Of a DNA stretch of 64,000 nt, positions 9,616 to 19,650 are shown one piece after another. A program made the translations under genes and the position numbers. Below the pieces are notes generated by a model. It saw only the letters and a list, made by a program, of their open reading frames with translations. It was not told the origin of the DNA and ran no database searches. The DNA is from a virus (lineage: Duplodnaviria; Caudoviricetes): the IMG/VR virus record IMGVR_UViG_3300014204_000012, positions 16,013 to 80,012 of that record; one strand, given 5' to 3'. How positions within the stretch are numbered: the stretch's first letter is position 1; each line of letters starts with the position of its first letter.

Positions 9616-10355
9616 ACGGAAGATGAGGATTAAAAATTGTGAAACTGAATTACACGCCGGGTACAAACTAATATCCTACATAACACGGAAGGAGGGTATA
9701 AGGCCAACGTTGATTTCGTGTAAGGAAGATTCCGGTATGGGATCGTTTGGTGACATTTTTAAAGACATATTCAAATGAAAAACATTAAATTATCTAAACC
9801 ATCAACCTTCAATTCCATTCTAAGAGAATACGGACAAAGTTGGTTGGAGCAAAACAAAGAATTTGAGGATCTTGAAATAGAGATACAAACAGGTGAATCT
9901 ATCCTCAAAGACCCGGTGTGTAAAAAAATATTAAACGCCAGAAAAAAAGTACTAAACAATTGCCTTGTTAAATTCTGTTGCTTTGATTTACTTGGAATGG
10001 AAACAGAGAAACGGGAGTATTCTGTTTTTGTAAAAAAGGTAATGGATAATTTGGCGTTTATTCTAAAGGAAAGAATTAAATGCATACGATTACAAAACGC
10101 ATTCGAATGAACATTTTTGAACTCATCGGCTCCGTAAACAAACTCGTTGAAATCAATGAACGGTGTCACCGGTGTATCATGCGGAACCGGGAGACAGATG
10201 AAGACGACGACATGGAAAGCATGAGGTTGGCAAATGAGATTCTCCGCTGTGTACCAGGTGAATTGAAAGATGAACTCCGGTGTGAGTTATTCACGATCCG
10301 GGATGGTAAAAAGGCACATGAACTAGTGAAAAAACTGATTAAAATATTAAAATGA
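9575..10355 (+). other. Three coupled hypothetical CDSs (9575-9778, 9775-10110, 10107-10355)
   Basis: ATGA overlaps; no motif recognised. Confidence 0.55.
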
Positions 10356-10356
10356 A

Positions 10357-10713
10357 TCAGTCACCCTTTTTCAACAACAACCTTTTGTCAATGCGAATGT
10401 TTCCAAGACGAAGATATAAAATGTCAATGACCTCAGCCTTGAATCCAGCATCCATTGGTATCTTGTCAATGTCTTTTTCGATGGCATCAATGTATTCCAC
10501 AAATGCTTTCATTGTGATAACACCGTCGTCATGGTCGAGATAATAACCGGCACTCTGTTTCTCCCTGAAGGACTTTGTAGCACGCAAAACACTACGAAAG
10601 GTTGTCCAGCACCTTTCTATGGCAAAAGTGGCTCTACGGTCACCGTATGCCCTCACAAGGGCGATGGATGTGTCTTCGTCGGTGGACTTAATCTGATTAA
10701 TGAGTTCTTTCAT
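10357..10713 (-). CDS. Hypothetical protein, solitary inverted gene with its own promoter
   Basis: 118 aa; TAACTTTG at 10731-10724 just upstream. Confidence 0.65.
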   Translation of the reverse strand: MKELINQIKSTDEDTSIALVRAYGDRRATFAIERCWTTFRSVLRATKSFREKQSAGYYLDHDDGVITMKAFVEYIDAIEKDIDKIPMDAGFKAEVIDILYLRLGNIRIDKRLLLKKGD

Positions 10714-10796
10714 CGTTTTCTTACAAAGTTAATATGTTATACAACATATTTTGTCATAATATTTCAAAATGTATGCAAAATTTGGAAATATTAGTG

Positions 10797-10804
10797 TAAC
10801 TTTG
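10797..10804 (+). promoter_or_regulatory. -7 promoter element for the tRNA
   Basis: TAACTTTG 4 nt before the tRNA 5' end. Confidence 0.6.
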
Positions 10805-10808
10805 CAAT

Positions 10809-10881
10809 GCCGGGGTGGAGCAGTTGGTAGCTTATGAGGCCCATAACCTCATGGTCGGTGGTTCGAGTCCATCCCCCGGAA
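10809..10881 (+). tRNA. tRNA-Met(CAU), initiator (fMet)-like; CCA not encoded (CTA follows)
   Basis: Cloverleaf: G1xA72 mismatch, A11:U24, D-loop AGTTGGTA, anticodon stem TGAGG/CCTCA with loop CCCATAA, T-arm GGTGG-TTCGAGT-CCATC. Confidence 0.9.
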
Positions 10882-10961
10882 CTAACGCATACTGGGAACG
10901 GGTCGGTGAAGTTTAGTAACCGATACCTCCGTATGCAAAACGATAATCTAAAACAACAAAA

Positions 10962-11736
10962 ATGGAACATTTAACACATGGGTTACAAGGTTTGAGATCA
11001 TATGATGGAAATGAAACAAAAACACATCCTATAAATGAAAATTCAACCACAATTATTACTAAAAAAGGTGGTATTTATACGGAAACGTGGGGTACATACG
11101 AATTGTGTGATAAATGTGGTGGATTTGTTCGACAAATTAGTGGGTACAGGTATTTAACCGTAAAAGATTGCACCTGTTCTAGTGATAATACAGTAGATAT
11201 TAGATCACGTATTATCCCATTATTAGACGAATGGAATAAAACATGGTTGAAATTAGATGTAATAAAAGATGAAATAATTAGAATATCTGGTCTAAAAATA
11301 CAATAGAGATGGAAGATTCAACACAGGGTTTTCGTCGGGGTACAATAAGGGGGATAACAATATCACATGTTAATCACGGTTCAACTCCTCATGTTTGTCC
11401 GGTTTGTGGTGGTAGGGGATTAGTACCGAATGGATTTTACAATATACAGGGGTTATATTCTTCGTCAAGTGCAATACATGAACAGTGTCGTACATGCAAA
11501 GGAACCGGTGTAATATGGGGCTGATAAAATATCACAAAACATATTCTGGTTATTCTACAAACACGTATTTGTACGTTTGTGGAGTTGATGTTCTGGTTAT
11601 TTGTAAGACGGGAACTAAGTTGATAAGGTTCTTCATAAAATCAATTAACGCAGGAACCGTCTTCATTACGAAATCTGTTATTGACCCGGATAAACCCGGT
11701 GTTAAAATTAGAAACTGGTATATTGGAATAATATGA
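10962..11736 (+). other. Three small CDSs (10962-11306; 11309-11524 with DnaJ-type CxxCxGxG zinc finger; 11515-11736)
   Basis: CPVCGGRG...CRTCKGTG in 11309-11524; CDKC in 10962-11306. Confidence 0.6.
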
Positions 11737-11857
11737 AAAACAATGACATTCCCCGTGTGGAAAAGACAAATGAACAGAAGCAAAACGAACTCCATGCAAA
11801 GTACGATAATGCGTATAAAAACGTGTTGAACACAAAGAAAGCTGAAAAGAAAAAGAA

Positions 11858-12127
11858 ATGACAGATATGGGAAATACAGAAACAGCAAACGGTGTTAATG
11901 ATTTCGACACCGAATCGTATGACGACGAATATTATGATGGTCAACCCTGTGAATGTTGTCCAAAATGTGGTAGGGAATACGATGATATTGATTGAAATTA
12001 TCAGTCCTGTTCGAAATGTGGGTGGGATGCTGAAAAAGAAAGTTTCAACAATAAACTAATCCGAGAACCCACGGAAGATGATTTTATGAATGGAGACGCA
12101 GATTTCTTAACCGGTGATTGGTTTTAA
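11858..12127 (+). pseudogene. Zinc-finger protein interrupted by one in-frame TGA
   Basis: MTDMG...CECCPKCGREYDDID*NYQSCSKCGWDAE...GDWF; TGA at 11993-11995 lies between two CxxC pairs. Confidence 0.65.
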
Positions 12128-12238
12128 AAGAAATGAAAACAGACTTGCATATTGGGCAATCCATTTGGTATTTTTTGTGAGTAATTATCTATGTACGTTG
12201 TATGACAAAACGTGCGTAAACAATCATAACTGCATATA

Positions 12239-13082
12239 ATGAATGATAAAACATACAAAAAAATGACAGAACGTGATTTTGATTTGATATGGGAAGCCCG
12301 TGCTATTGCAGACACCTGCAAAATATATGAACTTCTCCAACAAGCAGAATCAACCGAGTGTCAACACAAACTCAGTGCGATGTTGGCTTTTTTAATACGA
12401 CAAAAAGAAAACGAAGTATAAACCAGTCGGTTATGCCGACACAATAAATTAAATTATGAGTGAATTTGAAGATTGTAAGCAATGTGCAAAACCAGTGTCT
12501 AAAGGTGAAAAATCGTGTCAAAGAGAGTCTGAGTTTGAAAGTTTAATCCATTCGTTCCGAAATGAATCGGGAAACATAAGACTTGTTTCTCTTGAAATTA
12601 GAAACAAAGTTGAACTGTTTAAAACAGGTGCACCGGAAGAAGTTATAAATAAATACTGTGAATCAGATGCTCCCGGTGTATTGCAGTCTCTTTACAACAT
12701 CTTACAGGATATGTCAAATACCTACATTATCCTTCAAGACACCAATGCCAAATTGCGTGAACTCGTTGGGTAAAATCACATTATCAGATGATATTTTGAT
12801 TTATCACCTATTTGAATGATAACTTAAAACAATTAAATTATGAAATGGAAAGACTTAAAACAATTTTGTGATTCCCTTGGTGAAGACCAATTAGAAAAGA
12901 ACGTAATCCTTTGGCGGGAAGATGATGCAATTAATCGTATTGGAACATGTCTGTTAGAAGAAGACCACTACATTGGAAAGGGAGAAGAAGGTTGCTATCC
13001 CGAAAGTGAAGCAAGTAAACCACTTAGAAAACTTAAAAAAGTTTACTCAAAAGGTGATGCAATTTTGTATGAATATTTTTAA
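12239..13082 (+). other. Three hypothetical CDSs (12239-12421, 12456-12773, 12840-13082)
   Basis: Co-oriented ORFs with A-rich leaders. Confidence 0.6.
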
Positions 13083-13090
13083 CAACATCT

Positions 13091-13885
13091 ATGGAAGAAG
13101 GATTACGATATAACGAAGGTAAGACCAGATACGATCTTCTGCCTCCTTTTGCAGTTGACCAGTGTGCCCGTGTGTTTACCTTCGGTGCCACAAAGTACGC
13201 CGAACGTAACTGGGAGAAGGGCATGAAGTGGAGCAACGTGTTGGCGTCTCTTAAACGCCACATTGCCGCCATTGAACGTGGTGAAGACTACGATAGTGAA
13301 ACCGGTTTGCTCCATGCCGCACACGCCATGTGTAATACTGCGTTCCTAACGGAGTACTACAAAATATACCCCCAGGGTGACGATAGGCCACATACTTATC
13401 TCCACAGGCCAAAGATAGGTCTTGACATTGATGAAATCTTGTCGGACTGGGTGAGGGCGTGGACTGATCACTTTGATATGCCTATACCAGACTCGTGGAA
13501 CTTCGACCGTGAAATAAAGGCCAAGTTCGACCAGATGAAAGATAATAAGGAATTCTGGTTATCCATACCCATAAAAACCCAACCTAAAGACATTCCTTTT
13601 GAACCACACTGTTATATTACATCTCGATCAATACCTGTTGATTGGACGATAGAGTGGCTTGATCTTAACGGGTTCCCCACGGCTCCGGTGTACTCCGTGA
13701 AGTTCGGTGAAAGTAAGATTGACGTTGCTAAGTCAAGCGGTATTGACATCTTCGTTGACGACTGCTTTCAGAACTTCGTGGAACTCAACAATGCCGGTGT
13801 GTGCTGTTTCCTGTTTGACGCACCCCACAACCAGCGTTACGCTGTTGGTTTTAAAAGAATACATTCACTTAGGGAAATTTTATGA
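13091..13885 (+). CDS. dATP/dGTP diphosphohydrolase (DUF5664-type) fused to a HAD 5'(3')-nucleotidase
   Basis: N-terminal RYNEGKTRYDLLP...GATKYAERNWEKG...SLKRH...ETGLLHAAHAMCN; C-terminal IGLDIDEIL...FVDD...LFDAPHN. Confidence 0.85.
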   Translation: MEEGLRYNEGKTRYDLLPPFAVDQCARVFTFGATKYAERNWEKGMKWSNVLASLKRHIAAIERGEDYDSETGLLHAAHAMCNTAFLTEYYKIYPQGDDRPHTYLHRPKIGLDIDEILSDWVRAWTDHFDMPIPDSWNFDREIKAKFDQMKDNKEFWLSIPIKTQPKDIPFEPHCYITSRSIPVDWTIEWLDLNGFPTAPVYSVKFGESKIDVAKSSGIDIFVDDCFQNFVELNNAGVCCFLFDAPHNQRYAVGFKRIHSLREIL

Positions 13886-14027
13886 AAACATTGATAAAAA
13901 GATTATATAGTGTTTTTTTAATGCCTTATTTGGAAAGAGACAGGTACTTTGAAGAACTTGTTAATGAAACAGAAATAGAGTGTAGTTTTATAGCAAGAAA
14001 AATATTACTTGACAAAAACAAAGGAAA

Positions 14028-14837
14028 ATGTGTAAAATCATAGCCTGGTGGAGTGCTGGTATTACTTCCTCTGTGGCTTGTAAGATTGCATTGGAATTGT
14101 ACCAAAATGTTGAGCTTTATTATATTTATATTGACACAGCACACGAAGATAATGCAAGGTTTAAAGCAGATTGCGAACGCTGGTATGGTTGCGAAATTAA
14201 AACTTTAAAAAGTAAAGAATTTAACAACCAATTTGATGTAATTGAAAAAACAGGAGCCGTAAATACTCCGACAGGTGCGCCGTGTACCTTGCATTTAAAG
14301 AAAAAAGTTCGTTTTGACTTTGAAAGGTTAAACGAATTGAGCCTTTTTAATACCCAAACTATCACGGGTCAGGTTTGGGGTTACGAATATGAACCAAAGG
14401 AAATAAACCGTGCAATTAGGCACTTACAACAATATCCAGATACAAAACCATTGTTCCCATTAATTGAAAGGGGATTGACAAAAGAAATGTGTGCTGGCTT
14501 ATTATTAAAAAATGGTATTGAATTGCCTGAAATGTACAAACTTGGCTACTCGAATAATAATTGCATTGGATGCGTGAAAGGAGGCAAAGGATATTGGAAC
14601 AAGATTAAAACCGATTTTCCACCTATTTTTAAGCGTATGGCGGATTTAGAACGCAGGGTAGGATATTCATGTATCAATGGTTTATTCCTAGATGAACTCA
14701 CGCCAGAAATGGGTAGGGCAAAGCATGAAATAATGCCAAACTGCGGAAATATCTGTGAGGTTGAATTTGCAGATATTCCAGATAAAAACTTGCAGGAAAT
14801 ATTGTCAGGTCGTAAAAGTATTTACGAAATTGCTTAG
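14028..14837 (+). CDS. PP-loop / PAPS-reductase-like adenine nucleotide alpha-hydrolase
   Basis: WWSAGITS, HEDNARF, LGYSNNNCIGCVKGGKGYW and C-terminal CGNIC. Confidence 0.72.
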   Translation: MCKIIAWWSAGITSSVACKIALELYQNVELYYIYIDTAHEDNARFKADCERWYGCEIKTLKSKEFNNQFDVIEKTGAVNTPTGAPCTLHLKKKVRFDFERLNELSLFNTQTITGQVWGYEYEPKEINRAIRHLQQYPDTKPLFPLIERGLTKEMCAGLLLKNGIELPEMYKLGYSNNNCIGCVKGGKGYWNKIKTDFPPIFKRMADLERRVGYSCINGLFLDELTPEMGRAKHEIMPNCGNICEVEFADIPDKNLQEILSGRKSIYEIA

Positions 14838-14869
14838 TATAAGAAGATACATTCGCTAAAGGAACTCGT

Positions 14870-15283
14870 ATGAAGAAAGACAGTAAATTAAGTATTGGTT
14901 TATTTCAGGAAATACCACTTTATCCCACGCTTTTTAAGGTTGATGTCTGGGTGTGCAATGACCTTGATAACCTCAGTGTTTACTTTCACAACCGCTACGG
15001 TAGAAGTGTTGAATATTACAAAGAGGAACTTACACCTAATCAAGTGTCAAGTATTGAAACAGGTGACCTGTGTGAGTTGAAGAACGAAACCCGCATCGTA
15101 ATGAACGTGTATTCCTTTAATCTTTCCATAATGGTACACGAACTGAACCACGTTGTTTATCATTTGTCAAAACACTGCGGATTGGAAACAAACTATGAAA
15201 GTCAGGAGTGGGTGAGTTATATGTTGGAATACCTTGTTGTGAGATGCAGTGATCGTGCCAACTTTAAACCGTGTGTGATATGA
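14870..15283 (+). CDS. Hypothetical protein with HExxH (zincin-like) motif
   Basis: IMVHELNHVVYH...E..SY. Confidence 0.55.
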   Translation: MKKDSKLSIGLFQEIPLYPTLFKVDVWVCNDLDNLSVYFHNRYGRSVEYYKEELTPNQVSSIETGDLCELKNETRIVMNVYSFNLSIMVHELNHVVYHLSKHCGLETNYESQEWVSYMLEYLVVRCSDRANFKPCVI

Positions 15284-15642
15284 ACCCCAAAGTAAACATC
15301 GAACAATTCTTTGTGAAAGACAACACCTGTCGTGGTGATGGCAAAATATGGGAATCCGGAACCTTATTTGCTGCCGTAAAAAACTTACCAGTTTTCGATC
15401 TTCAGTTGGCTGCGTTGAACCTCGATATTCCATTTTCCAGTTCAAGTACGTTGTCTCTTTTTCTATATCAGGCACAACGAGTAAAAGATGCAGACCTGTC
15501 TTATCCTATTATTCAGGCTCCGGATGGTTGGATAATGGATGGTCTTCACCGTGTTGCCAAAGCCATTTTAGAAGGTCACACCACCATTAAGGCAGTACGG
15601 TTGCCCGTGTTGCCCGATCCCGATAGAATCGAAAAAGAATGA
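15280..15642 (+). CDS. ParB/sulfiredoxin-like N-terminal domain protein
   Basis: YPIIQAPDGWIMDGLHRVAKAILEG...IKAV. Confidence 0.75.
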   Translation: MNPKVNIEQFFVKDNTCRGDGKIWESGTLFAAVKNLPVFDLQLAALNLDIPFSSSSTLSLFLYQAQRVKDADLSYPIIQAPDGWIMDGLHRVAKAILEGHTTIKAVRLPVLPDPDRIEKE

Positions 15643-16063
15643 ATGTTGACAAATTAGAATCAGTACTCACCGAAATCGGGTGTAAGTATGAAAAAATAAA
15701 CGAACATAGACGTTTCCCCCTAATAGAATACGATGCGTATTTAAAACTTAAAAGCGGATTTGGTAATCCTCTATATTGTAAGTTTTATTTTCTAAAAGGT
15801 AGGTTCACCGGATACGGGTGTTGGGAAGACTGATCCCCGTGTATTTAAACTAAAAACAAGTAAATATGAGTAAGATTATTTTAAAAAAGGATTTAATAAT
15901 TCCGGCAGGAACAGTTTTTGAAAACTGCGACGGATTAACAACCCGGTTTGGTTCTGATAACTTTGAGGCATTTCAAGGAACCGGTAAAGATGGTGTAATT
16001 ACCATTTATATTGATAAGGAAACTAATTCAGATAATCCCAATCAGTTTGAATTTGTTCCTTGA
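15639..16063 (+). other. Two small hypothetical CDSs (15639-15833, 15866-16063)
   Basis: ORF track, co-oriented. Confidence 0.5.
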
Positions 16064-16110
16064 TAAAACCAGTGTGTTAAAATAGTAAAGCCACAACATG
16101 AAAAAATAGT

Positions 16111-16506
16111 ATGTATACAATAAGCGAAATTCAATCCCGGCGTGATGTTAAATACATAAACATCCCCAATATATGTTTTTCCATAACAAGTAAAGATGAT
16201 TCGAGAGAAGAATCGTTTAGCATACAACGTAAAATATATGGCTTTGACGATTCCGAAACATGGAGTCTTACAGATACTTTATGTAACTTCATCTTACCCA
16301 GATTAAAACGATTCAGGGAAATTAATAACGGTTTCCCGTATGGTCTTACATTCTCGTCCTGGTGTGATATAATTGATAAAATTATTCTTTCCCTTGAGCT
16401 AATATCAAGAGACAGCGGTTCTCAAGTGTGGAACAAAGAAGAACAATCACAGATCACAGAAGGTCTTGATTTGTTTCGTGAATACTTCTTGTCTTTGTGG
16501 TGGTGA
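16111..16506 (+). CDS. Conserved phage hypothetical protein
   Basis: ETWSLTDTL..FILPRLKRF...GFP...EGLDLFREYFLSLWW pattern. Confidence 0.7.
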   Translation: MYTISEIQSRRDVKYINIPNICFSITSKDDSREESFSIQRKIYGFDDSETWSLTDTLCNFILPRLKRFREINNGFPYGLTFSSWCDIIDKIILSLELISRDSGSQVWNKEEQSQITEGLDLFREYFLSLWW

Positions 16507-16608
16507 AAAAGTAGTCGCTAATTGCAGCATGGGTGGTAAAAAAGTGGTCGGAGTGTGGGTAGTAAAAAACTGGTCGCTAAGGGGAGTTGGTAAAAAAGTA
16601 GTCGCTAA
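16502..16608. repeat. Four imperfect 20-bp direct repeats
   Basis: Consensus GGTAAAAAAGTAGTCGCTAA starting at 16502, 16535, 16561 and 16589. Confidence 0.85.
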
Positions 16609-16985
16609 GGGGACACTGGTTAACATTATCGACCGGCACCGCCCCCGGGCGACTTCCGAAACCGCGACACCGGCACATCGAATTTCAAACTTAAACAACC
16701 AGTACAAAATAAAAGCGGATCATTCATCCAGGCACCTGGACACACAATAAAGCGACACACAGAAGACGCAACTCAATCAACAACGCAAAGGGGAAATCAT
16801 TGTAATTAATCCATTCCCCGGATAGGAGAAAGCCCCACAACGTCACCGCAGACCTTACAATCAACGATCGTACTAAAGTGACACAAATACCCACTTCGTA
16901 CGTTAAAGTCGTCATACAGCCCCACAGTGCCCCCAGAATGGCGATATGTTTGACAGCATAAACACGTAAAATAGTTATTGAATTG

Positions 16986-17045
16986 TTTGCACGTGTGAAA
17001 ACTTGTTTGTTAATTTGATTCATAATTTAAAAACTTATACAAATG
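16986..17045 (+). promoter_or_regulatory. Early-type promoter and leader, copy 1
   Basis: TTTGCACGT, TTTG-to-(-7) spacer of 20 nt, TTAATTTG, then ATTCATAATTTAAAAACTTATACAAATG. Confidence 0.7.
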
Positions 17046-17908
17046 AAATGTACTGCTTACGGTTGCAAACATGAAGCAACGAGAGAAATAAAAACATTAT
17101 GGGGAAAAAAAGAGGTGATTGGATTCTGTGAAAAACACACCCCTAATTTTCTTACTGATCTTAAAATCGGTGAAATATCACAGCCGTCAACGGTGTGTGG
17201 AATTACGCAAAGTTGGTATCAAAGAGTTAAATAATCATTAAAATTTACTGATATGAAAAATTTAAGTAAACTATCAAAAAAAGCAACGGAGTTCTGCGAA
17301 CTGTCAGGGTTCGACGTTGACGCCGTGAAGTCGCATATGAGATACGGTTGTTTTAATATTCAGAAATGCGAAACGAAAAAAGAGATGAAGGACGCCGGTG
17401 TTGATTTTTCTTATCCCTATGTAATCTGGAATCCTTACAGTTTATCTTTAACCGATTAAAATAAAACAAGATGGAAACTTTTGAATTTAATGGATTGTAT
17501 TTTTATGAAGGAACGTCAGAAGGCGTAATGAAAGTTATCTGCAACAATTTACACGGGGATCGTCTCCGTATCTGGTTTGGTGACAAAGTTACCGGTAAAA
17601 GCTGGGACGAGGAGAACGATGTTTGCGGTTACATTGGAAGAACGACAGGAAATAAACCTATATCCATCCTGTTAAATAATCAACAGAGTTCCGGGGGAGG
17701 TGCGATTTTAACGAATTGTATTGTTAAGATTGTAAACACGAAGACGAAACGGGTTTTATATCAGCATCCCAACTTTTCACAGTCTTTGTTTACCGCCGTT
17801 GGTTGTTCTGTATTACAAGACGGAGACACATTTGCACCCAACTGTAAAAGCGAAGTTTCAGCTCAAAGATTAGCCGACTTTATGAACGGTAAAAGAATGT
17901 CAAAATAA
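17043..17908 (+). other. Early cluster 1: three CDSs (17043-17234, 17253-17459, 17471-17908)
   Basis: The last has the conserved phage pattern GYIGRTTG.KPI.ILL....SSGGGAIL..CIVKI. Confidence 0.65.
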
Positions 17909-17933
17909 CACAAAACAAACAACAATTTAAACG

Positions 17934-17956
17934 AGCCGGGTAATACCGGCTTTTTT
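17934..17956 (+). terminator. Intrinsic terminator
   Basis: AGCCGG-gtaata-CCGGCT followed by a T-run. Confidence 0.8.
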
Positions 17957-18755
17957 ATTGCCAAAATATCAAATTGCAATCGTTTTATACTATTTTGGTT
18001 ACATGTCGTTATCTCCGCTCGGGAGGCAAATATCAAATTGATACTTTTACCCCAGTATTTTGTTACATATTGGCAGTTGGGCATTGCGTTACTTTGATGG
18101 ATTTGTTAGAGCGGATAAATGTATGTCTTCAGGGTGAAAGTGGCCGTAAAGGGCTGTGAATAGGCTTAAATCGGCTAATTTACGTTGTCTCTTTGGTGCT
18201 CAAAAAGGTGTTTATGGCTTTTGACCCCCTGGTTTTATGTCTGCAAACTGAATGAACAAACTTTGTTCATAACTGTTAGTTTGTTGTTAGTTCGTTTTCA
18301 TTGTGAGTTGAATAATTATCTCATTGTGAACTATTAATTGAATTCTTTCCAATGTTTAGTTCATATATTAATCACTATCAAAAAGTTATCGGAGTAAACA
18401 CGGTATGCAACCCTGTTTGAGTTCATCCGACGCCCCCACCCCCTATCCTATCTGGTCTGTTTATAGTTATAAAAGGGGATGTTTAGGGAAAAATACACAC
18501 GGTGCACACTTCGCCACCTGGATAACCTCGTCAAACTTTCGAATATTTCAACAATTTTGTTTTGAGAAATGTAGCTACTATAAATATAGTAGTTCAGCAT
18601 TAGATATTAAGTAAGTAAGTAATATAATAATATATTTAAAATATAATATAAATAAATATAATATATATATATAAACACTGTATTTATTTCTTTTCTTTAT
18701 GTCACTTTCTTTTCTTTGCACATGTTTTATAACACAAAAAATAATCACCAAAATA

Positions 18756-18815
18756 TTTGCACGTTAAAAAAATTATTCATTACTTTGATTCATAATTTTA
18801 AAAACTATACAAATG
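18756..18815 (+). promoter_or_regulatory. Early-type promoter and leader, copy 2
   Basis: TTTGCACGT, 20 nt spacer, TTACTTTG, then ATTCATAATTTTAAAAACTATACAAATG; nearly identical to copy 1. Confidence 0.7.
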
Positions 18816-19034
18816 ACACGATTTAGAATTGCAGAAAGTGATATCGTTAAAGCAACGGCGTCTGGTAATAGGAGGTTAATAGCCTCCTTGTATGATTCGG
18901 GTTTCACAACTATACAGGGCGTAATTTCGTCTCTTAATCGTAAAATTCCGTATTACGGAGGAAACCGGATAGAATATAACATTACCATTCCGGAAAAAAT
19001 GAAGTCAATATATGTTACACGGAAGGTCAATTAA
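18813..19034 (+). CDS. Hypothetical early protein
   Basis: 73 aa, immediately after the promoter. Confidence 0.65.
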   Translation: MTRFRIAESDIVKATASGNRRLIASLYDSGFTTIQGVISSLNRKIPYYGGNRIEYNITIPEKMKSIYVTRKVN

Positions 19035-19251
19035 TTTAAAATAATTACTAAAATTTACGATCATGGAAAGAACTAAAACACAAATAAAAGCCCGGAAATC
19101 TTTTGATTACCAATGTAACAAGGCTTCAAAGTGCAGACATGAAAGATTTAAAGAATCCTGTTTTATTTGCCCGTTTGAAAAAACGTGTGAAATCCAAAAA
19201 GCGATTGAAACGGCAAGGAGTAAAATGTATTAATTTTTAAAATTTGATATT

Positions 19252-19650
19252 ATGAAAACCTTAAAACAAGTATTAAAAGAAAATTCTGATTACAGAGCAT
19301 TAATTAATGCTGTAATATCCCGGATCGGGATAGAAAGCGTATCGGATGTAAACAATTTCGGTATTAATGGCGGTTTTTCTGGGTTTATTTACTACTCAGA
19401 AACCCATGAATTCGCGATGAAATACCGGAAATACATTATTCCCATGTTGGAAGAAATGGCGGATCAGTTGGGAGAAGATGTTATTGAAATGGTGTCCTGT
19501 TTTGGTGTATTTCGTAATTCACCAATAGACAAAGAAGATAAAAGGGACCTATACCGTTATCTGGGCGGGTCTAAATGTGATCAGTCGCAGATAACGAATG
19601 TTATGGCCTGGTTTGCCGCTGAAGAGGTTTGCAGAATGTTTGAAGAATAG
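19252..19650 (+). CDS. Conserved phage early protein (GGFSGFIYYSET family)
   Basis: GINGGFSGFIYYSETHEF...MAWFAAEEV. Confidence 0.65.
   Translation: MKTLKQVLKENSDYRALINAVISRIGIESVSDVNNFGINGGFSGFIYYSETHEFAMKYRKYIIPMLEEMADQLGEDVIEMVSCFGVFRNSPIDKEDKRDLYRYLGGSKCDQSQITNVMAWFAAEEVCRMFEE

Noticed and set aside
12133-12239. Tiny ORF apparently frameshifted in a T6 run
   Set aside because: One extra T would give a ~37-aa ORF coupled to the next gene, but it is too short to distinguish from chance or a homopolymer error.
13091-13885. 2-aminoadenine (Z) genome pathway
   Set aside because: The diphosphohydrolase alone is not sufficient; no PurZ or dedicated polymerase is visible.
16502-16608. CRISPR mini-array
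   Set aside because: The repeats are 20 bp and degenerate, with gaps of only 13, 6 and 8 bp; no cas genes are present.
16447-17023. ORFs 16447-16707, 16466-16750 and 16724-17023
   Set aside because: They overlap the repeat and regulatory region, have atypical composition and lack convincing leaders.
18140-18760. DnaA-box cluster matching the DnaA-like fusion
   Set aside because: Only imperfect matches such as TGTGAATAG were seen, not above chance.
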